Assembly (NCBI GenBank): GCA_965222605.1
Contig: OZ244960.1
Span: forward strand, 5,920,001-5,984,000
Direction: 5' to 3'
From: Candidatus Latescibacterota bacterium
Lineage (GTDB): Bacteria; Latescibacterota; UBA2968
DNA: 64,000 nucleotides
The notes under the pieces: generated by a model
What the model saw: only the letters and a program-made list of their open reading frames with translations
Databases searched by the model: none
Told to the model about the DNA's origin: nothing
Part shown: positions 60,701 to 64,000 of the stretch, piece after piece
Numbering within the stretch: the stretch's first letter is position 1
Layout of the letters: each line of letters begins with the position of its first letter
Made by a program: the position numbers and the translations under genes

Positions 60701-60859
60701 GATGCCGCACCGACAAAGCAGGTTTGCGAGGCGTTCGAAGAGATGTCCGCGGCTGCCGACCAGCAGATCGTGCAAGGAAAAGAAATGATCGAGACGGATG
60801 TGGTCGCTTTTAGCAAGTTGATCCGGGAAATGGATATCCCGGCCATTGTCCTGAAGTAA
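57719..60859 (+). CDS. Vps10/sortilin-like BNR-repeat 'glycosyl hydrolase' protein
   Basis: WRCIGPYRGGRVVAVAG, GGVWKTEDGG, GNDGG, YRFQWTFP, ATHGRSFWILDD; helical C-terminus; no signal peptide seen. Confidence 0.85.
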   Translation: MKTRNTAQTEQAILCPKVDSACLGSLEWRCIGPYRGGRVVAVAGDPKDSLVFYFGACAGGVWKTEDGGTYWENVSDGFFKTSAVGAIAVSESDPNVIYAGMGECCIRLDISHGDGVYGSRDGGRTWTHLGLEDTRYIARVRIHPKDPDLVYAAALGHVFGPNRERGIYRSRNGGKTWEQVLFRSEKAGGCDLAMDPNNPDVLYAAIWEAYRKPWFLSSGGPDSGLFKSTDGGDTWVELTGNPGLPEGIKGRMGVAVSPARPGRVWAIVEAEKGAFFRSDDWGATWERLTEDKNLRERPFYYCHVFGDPQDADTVYVLSKLAWKSSDGGYSFTQLNTPHNDNHDLWLDPHTPRRMIEGNDGGACVSFNGGETWSTIYNQPTAQFYHVAADMQVPYSIYGTQQDNTAIGVPSRSDRGAILIDDCRPVGNAESGHIAVRPDDPNVVYSGAIGSSGGGGGALLRYDHRSKQIRVITAWPESFAEGAKALKYRFQWTFPIAISPHDPHILYTTSQVVLRSATDGDGWEVISPDLTRNDVAKMEPSGGPITKDAHGAENYCTIFAFAESPLERGVLWAGSDDGLIHISRNNGVSWENVTPEDLPEWTTVGIIEPSPHDPATAYVAAYRYKLDDFQPYLYKTNDYGKRWEKITGGIPEQEFTRVIREDPGRRGLLYAGTETGVYVSFDAGKSWQSLQRNLPVAPIYDLLVKDNDLVAATHGRSFWILDDLTLLHQMTEAAVNAPVHLFRPRSTYRFLLAQGYGRPSVPGKNYRVASGVLASYYEKKTPEGKTVQVLLDAGKNPPDGVVVTYFLKEKPEGEVKLSFLDAEGIPIKTFSSRAADDLQADSKETLVPSEVGMNRFEWDMQYPGERTVSGGGVMGQNPAGPLAPPGTYQIRLKVGDESHTESFQLLKDPRVPTTQEDLEAQFALLVKIRDKLSEFNEVVGQVRRVQKQVAEWERRAKDLPDAAAVSEAAKALGEKLAEVDLKTQLGMLTAPAAQADAAPTKQVCEAFEEMSAAADQQIVQGKEMIETDVVAFSKLIREMDIPAIVLK

Positions 60860-60869
60860 TTTCGGACTG

Positions 60870-62111
60870 ATGGGGGGCAGCTTGAAGACGTTGCAAAGGT
60901 TGGTCCATATCACGCTGGCGGACTTCATCGTGCGATCCGCCTACCAGATGGGAAAGACGCCCTTGTTGCCTCTTTTTGCCGCACAGCTAGGCGCTGGCGA
61001 TGCGTTTCTCGGCTTTGTCATGTCCGTTTCGACGCTGACTGGCCTGGTGTTTAAGCCGTTTATCGGCCTGTTCTCTGACCGCTGGGGGCGCCGGACGTGG
61101 CTGCTCCTGGGGACCGTTTTTTTTACATGTATGCCGTTTGTATACCGGTTCGTGCAGTCTCCGGAACAGTTGTTTGCCATCCGCCTGGTCCACGGTCTGG
61201 CCACAGCCATTTACGGGCCGGTGACGCTGGCGTACGTGGCCGAACTCTCCGAGGCCCACCGTGCGGAGCGGCTGGGCTGGTTCGGCATGGCCCGCAATGC
61301 CGGATACGTGGTGGGGCCGGCAGCCGCTGGCTGGATGTTGCTTACGATGCATCCTGTTTCGGTGTTCACCGTGATCGGCATCCTGAGCAGTTTCGCCTTT
61401 CTGCCGGTCCTCCTGCTGCCGGCATCGAGAATTTCAACTCCTGAACGCCGCTTTCCCTTCCTGAAGCAGGCGCTCTGGGCGCTGACATCGGGCAGCCGGA
61501 CGCCGTCGATCTGGCTGGCCGGCTGTCTGGATGCGGCCACATATATCGCCCTGTATGCCATCAAAGCCTTTTTGCCGCTTTACGCCCTGTCGATCGGCGT
61601 GAATACCGCCTTGGTGGGAGCTTTCTTCGCCCTGCAAGAGGTTGTACACATCCTGTTGAACCCTCTGGGGGGCCGCACAGGCGACCGGCTGGGATATCTT
61701 CCGACCGTATGTCTGGGGATGGTGGTCTTGAGCGCGGCGTTGCCTCTTCTCACGGTTGTTGACAACGGGGCTGTCCTAATGGCACCGGCGGTGTTGATGG
61801 GTGTGGCGCAGGCCCTGATCTTTCCTTCCACCGTGGCGCTGGCGTCCGCTCAGGTCGCCGACAGCGCTCTGGGCACGGGGATGGGGATTATCGGTACTTT
61901 GAAGAACACCGGCAAGGTTGCTGGCCCCGCTCTGGCCGGCCTGCTGATTCAGCGGCTGGATTTTGTCCCGACCATCCGCTTGATGGGCATTGCGCTGCTG
62001 ATCGGCGCTGGGGTGGTGTGGTTTCGCAGACAAGCTACGGTCCCTCAGGGTAAAGGCGCTGTTGGAGGAGCGAGGACGCGAGGTTCGGGCGCATATCTTT
62101 CCAAAAAATAA
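60870..62111 (+). CDS. MFS transporter
   Basis: About 12 TM helices, motif A GLFSDRWGRR and GRTGDRLG. Confidence 0.92.
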   Translation: MGGSLKTLQRLVHITLADFIVRSAYQMGKTPLLPLFAAQLGAGDAFLGFVMSVSTLTGLVFKPFIGLFSDRWGRRTWLLLGTVFFTCMPFVYRFVQSPEQLFAIRLVHGLATAIYGPVTLAYVAELSEAHRAERLGWFGMARNAGYVVGPAAAGWMLLTMHPVSVFTVIGILSSFAFLPVLLLPASRISTPERRFPFLKQALWALTSGSRTPSIWLAGCLDAATYIALYAIKAFLPLYALSIGVNTALVGAFFALQEVVHILLNPLGGRTGDRLGYLPTVCLGMVVLSAALPLLTVVDNGAVLMAPAVLMGVAQALIFPSTVALASAQVADSALGTGMGIIGTLKNTGKVAGPALAGLLIQRLDFVPTIRLMGIALLIGAGVVWFRRQATVPQGKGAVGGARTRGSGAYLSKK

Positions 62112-62148
62112 GGTGAAGATTCACCAGAGCCCGAGAAGGAGCAAGCAG

Positions 62149-63123
62149 ATGATTGTCATTGCAACCCGTAATGGGAATGTCGGCATTCGCCAGGCAGTGC
62201 AGGTATTGCGCGATGGGGGTAGTGCTATCGACGCTGTCGAAGAAGGCATTCATCATGTAGAAAGCAACCCGGATGACCATGGGGTCGGTTTGGGCGGTAC
62301 GCCGAACCTGCTCGGTGAAGTCGAACTGGATGCCACGATCATGGATGGTGCGACATTGCAGGCCGGCGCGGTGGGCGCCGTGAAGGGCTACGCGCACCCG
62401 ATCTCCATCGCCCGTAAGGTGATGGAAGAGCTCTGGCACGTCTTCCTGGTCGGCGCTGGCGCAGAGCGCTTCGCAGCGGAGATGGGCTTTGAGAAGACAG
62501 CGTTATTAACCGATTACGTGCGGACAGGCTGGCAAACCCGTCTCTGTGAAGATCTGGGCATTTGTGACCCTGCCCAGCTCCAATGTGTACTTGAGCTTCG
62601 CCATATCGGTCGGCTGGCTGGTGGCATGTCAAAGGTCCTCGGTACCGTCAACTTTATTGCCCGTGATGGCCGTAACAATATCTGCTCCGGTGTGAGTACC
62701 AGCGGGCTGGGTCTGAAGTATCCAGGCCGCCTCGCTGATTCGGCCGTTATTGGGGCGGGCAATTATGCAGACAATCGTTACGGCGCAGCTGTCTGTACCG
62801 GTATGGGCGAAATGGCGATTCGCGCCGGTACCGCCCGCAGTACAGTACTCTATATGAAGATGGAGATGTCCGTCGAAGAGGCCTGCAAAGAGGCGATACA
62901 GGATCTCGATGCGCTGATCGGAGACCGTCACCGGGGCATCCATCTGATTGCAATGGACAGGGAGGGCAACCACTACGGGGCTGCCAATTACCCCGACCGT
63001 ACGAAACATATCTATATGACCGGTGAGATGGACGATTTTGCCTATCTCGAAGGCTATTACGCGCCCTTTAAGACCGATCCTAAACCGGAGCTACAGCCCG
63101 ACAGTCGTGATGGCATGTATTAA
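62149..63123 (+). CDS. N(4)-(beta-N-acetylglucosaminyl)-L-asparaginase / isoaspartyl peptidase (Ntn hydrolase)
   Basis: SAIDAVEEG, VELDATIMDG, HPISIARKVME, G|TV cleavage site, STSG..KYPGR.ADS..GAG, TG.GE. Confidence 0.9.
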   Translation: MIVIATRNGNVGIRQAVQVLRDGGSAIDAVEEGIHHVESNPDDHGVGLGGTPNLLGEVELDATIMDGATLQAGAVGAVKGYAHPISIARKVMEELWHVFLVGAGAERFAAEMGFEKTALLTDYVRTGWQTRLCEDLGICDPAQLQCVLELRHIGRLAGGMSKVLGTVNFIARDGRNNICSGVSTSGLGLKYPGRLADSAVIGAGNYADNRYGAAVCTGMGEMAIRAGTARSTVLYMKMEMSVEEACKEAIQDLDALIGDRHRGIHLIAMDREGNHYGAANYPDRTKHIYMTGEMDDFAYLEGYYAPFKTDPKPELQPDSRDGMY

Positions 63124-63157
63124 ATGGACGTCTCACGAGCGGAGAGGTCCGAAAAAA

Positions 63158-63212
63158 GGGAGGCGATTATGAAAAAGGGCATCGTCATTCGTGCATTTTC
63201 CGGGAATCCGGA
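63158..63212 (+). repeat. Direct repeat, right copy
   Basis: 54/55 identical to 40413-40467. Confidence 0.92.
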
Positions 63213-64000
63213 CTTTCTGGGAGACGTCGGCTTTCTGAGCGGTGCAGACGATTTTTCGCGCTGCTTCGAGCGGGCCGTGGAGGCGGGTTTCGATGCCGTG
63301 CAGCTTTACGCCGATCACGAGGGTTATTTTTCGCTAACTTCCGATTTGAAGGTGACCGGGGAGATCGCGAAGCGGGCAGAGAAGGCCGGTGTGGCGCTCG
63401 CCAGCCTGGAGATCGCGCCGTTTTCCTACCTCTTTACCGATCCCGACCCGGAAGTGAGAAAGGAAGCAGAGCAGACCGTTCGGCGTGCACTGGAGATCGC
63501 ATCGGCAATGGGTATGCCGGGTGTGCTGGTCATCCCGGGCTATGTGGGGCTTCCCTGGGACTCATCTGTGGAACTGGTCCCTTACGAAGAGGCGTACGAT
63601 CGAACGAAAGCAGGTCTGGTCGCCGTTGCATCCGATGCCGAGCGTCTGAAGACGCATGTGCTGGTTGAGAATGTCTGGAACAGAATGCTTATGACCCCCC
63701 TCGAGATGCGCCGCCTGATTGACGATGTAGGCAGTGAGTACGTGAATGTGCTCTTGGATACGGGCAATGTGATACTATTCGGGTACCCCGAGCAGTGGAT
63801 CCGCCTGCTCGGCGAACGGGTGAAGGAGGTGCATTTTAAGGATTTCAGGGCAAATGTCGGGACCATCGATGGATTTGTACAGCTCCTGGAAGGAGATGTG
63901 AACTGGCCGGAGGTGATGGCTGCTTTGAATGAGGTGGGATTCGATGGCTTTGTGACGGCCGAGATGTTTCCCTATAAGTATCACGGCGATGTGGTGCTCA
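63169..64000 (+). CDS. Sugar phosphate isomerase/epimerase (hexulose-6-phosphate/L-ribulose-5-P 3-epimerase-like); 3' end outside window, absent from ORF track
   Basis: Manual translation MKKGIVIRAF...AGFDAVQ...VLVIPG...ENVWN...DTGN...YPEQWIRLLG..VHFKD...LLEGDVNW...GFDGFVTAE. Confidence 0.9.
   Translation, partial: MKKGIVIRAFSGNPDFLGDVGFLSGADDFSRCFERAVEAGFDAVQLYADHEGYFSLTSDLKVTGEIAKRAEKAGVALASLEIAPFSYLFTDPDPEVRKEAEQTVRRALEIASAMGMPGVLVIPGYVGLPWDSSVELVPYEEAYDRTKAGLVAVASDAERLKTHVLVENVWNRMLMTPLEMRRLIDDVGSEYVNVLLDTGNVILFGYPEQWIRLLGERVKEVHFKDFRANVGTIDGFVQLLEGDVNWPEVMAALNEVGFDGFVTAEMFPYKYHGDVVL

Noticed and set aside
40468-63157. Prophage, ICE or transposon call for the repeat-bounded block
   Set aside because: No integrase, transposase, relaxase or phage gene recognised, so it is reported only as a direct-repeat finding

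Overview
A 64-kb, almost entirely plus-strand, GC-rich (by eye roughly 55-60%) bacterial window. GWxTD/TPR proteins, PorV-like barrels, proteins with T9SS-like C-terminal domains and a DUF6785-type membrane protein suggest an FCB-group candidate phylum such as Latescibacterota or KSB1 (inference). It begins with an AT-rich carbamoyltransferase/DUF5989 end, then a GAF histidine kinase with a NarL-type regulator, a TPR-GWxTD protein and a 21-repeat beta-propeller on the minus strand. Two paralogous four-gene outer-membrane cassettes follow (small beta-barrel, TonB-dependent receptor, secreted protein with T9SS-like CTD, PorV/PorQ-like barrel), with no SusD. Between and after them lie catabolic genes for carbohydrates, acid sugars or glycopeptides. 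Highlights: (1) a probable 441-aa thioredoxin-fold selenoprotein (C-V-U, UGA at 54347 followed by a SECIS-like hairpin) that the ORF track splits in two; (2) the duplicated SusD-less TBDR/CTD/PorV cassette; (3) a conserved 68-bp element shared by the regulator leader and the cassette I leader; (4) a 55-bp direct repeat bracketing about 22.7 kb; (5) a collapsed PuuD-like gene remnant. No rRNA, tRNA, CRISPR array, transposase or integrase was recognised. All product calls come from motifs recognised by eye, not database searches.
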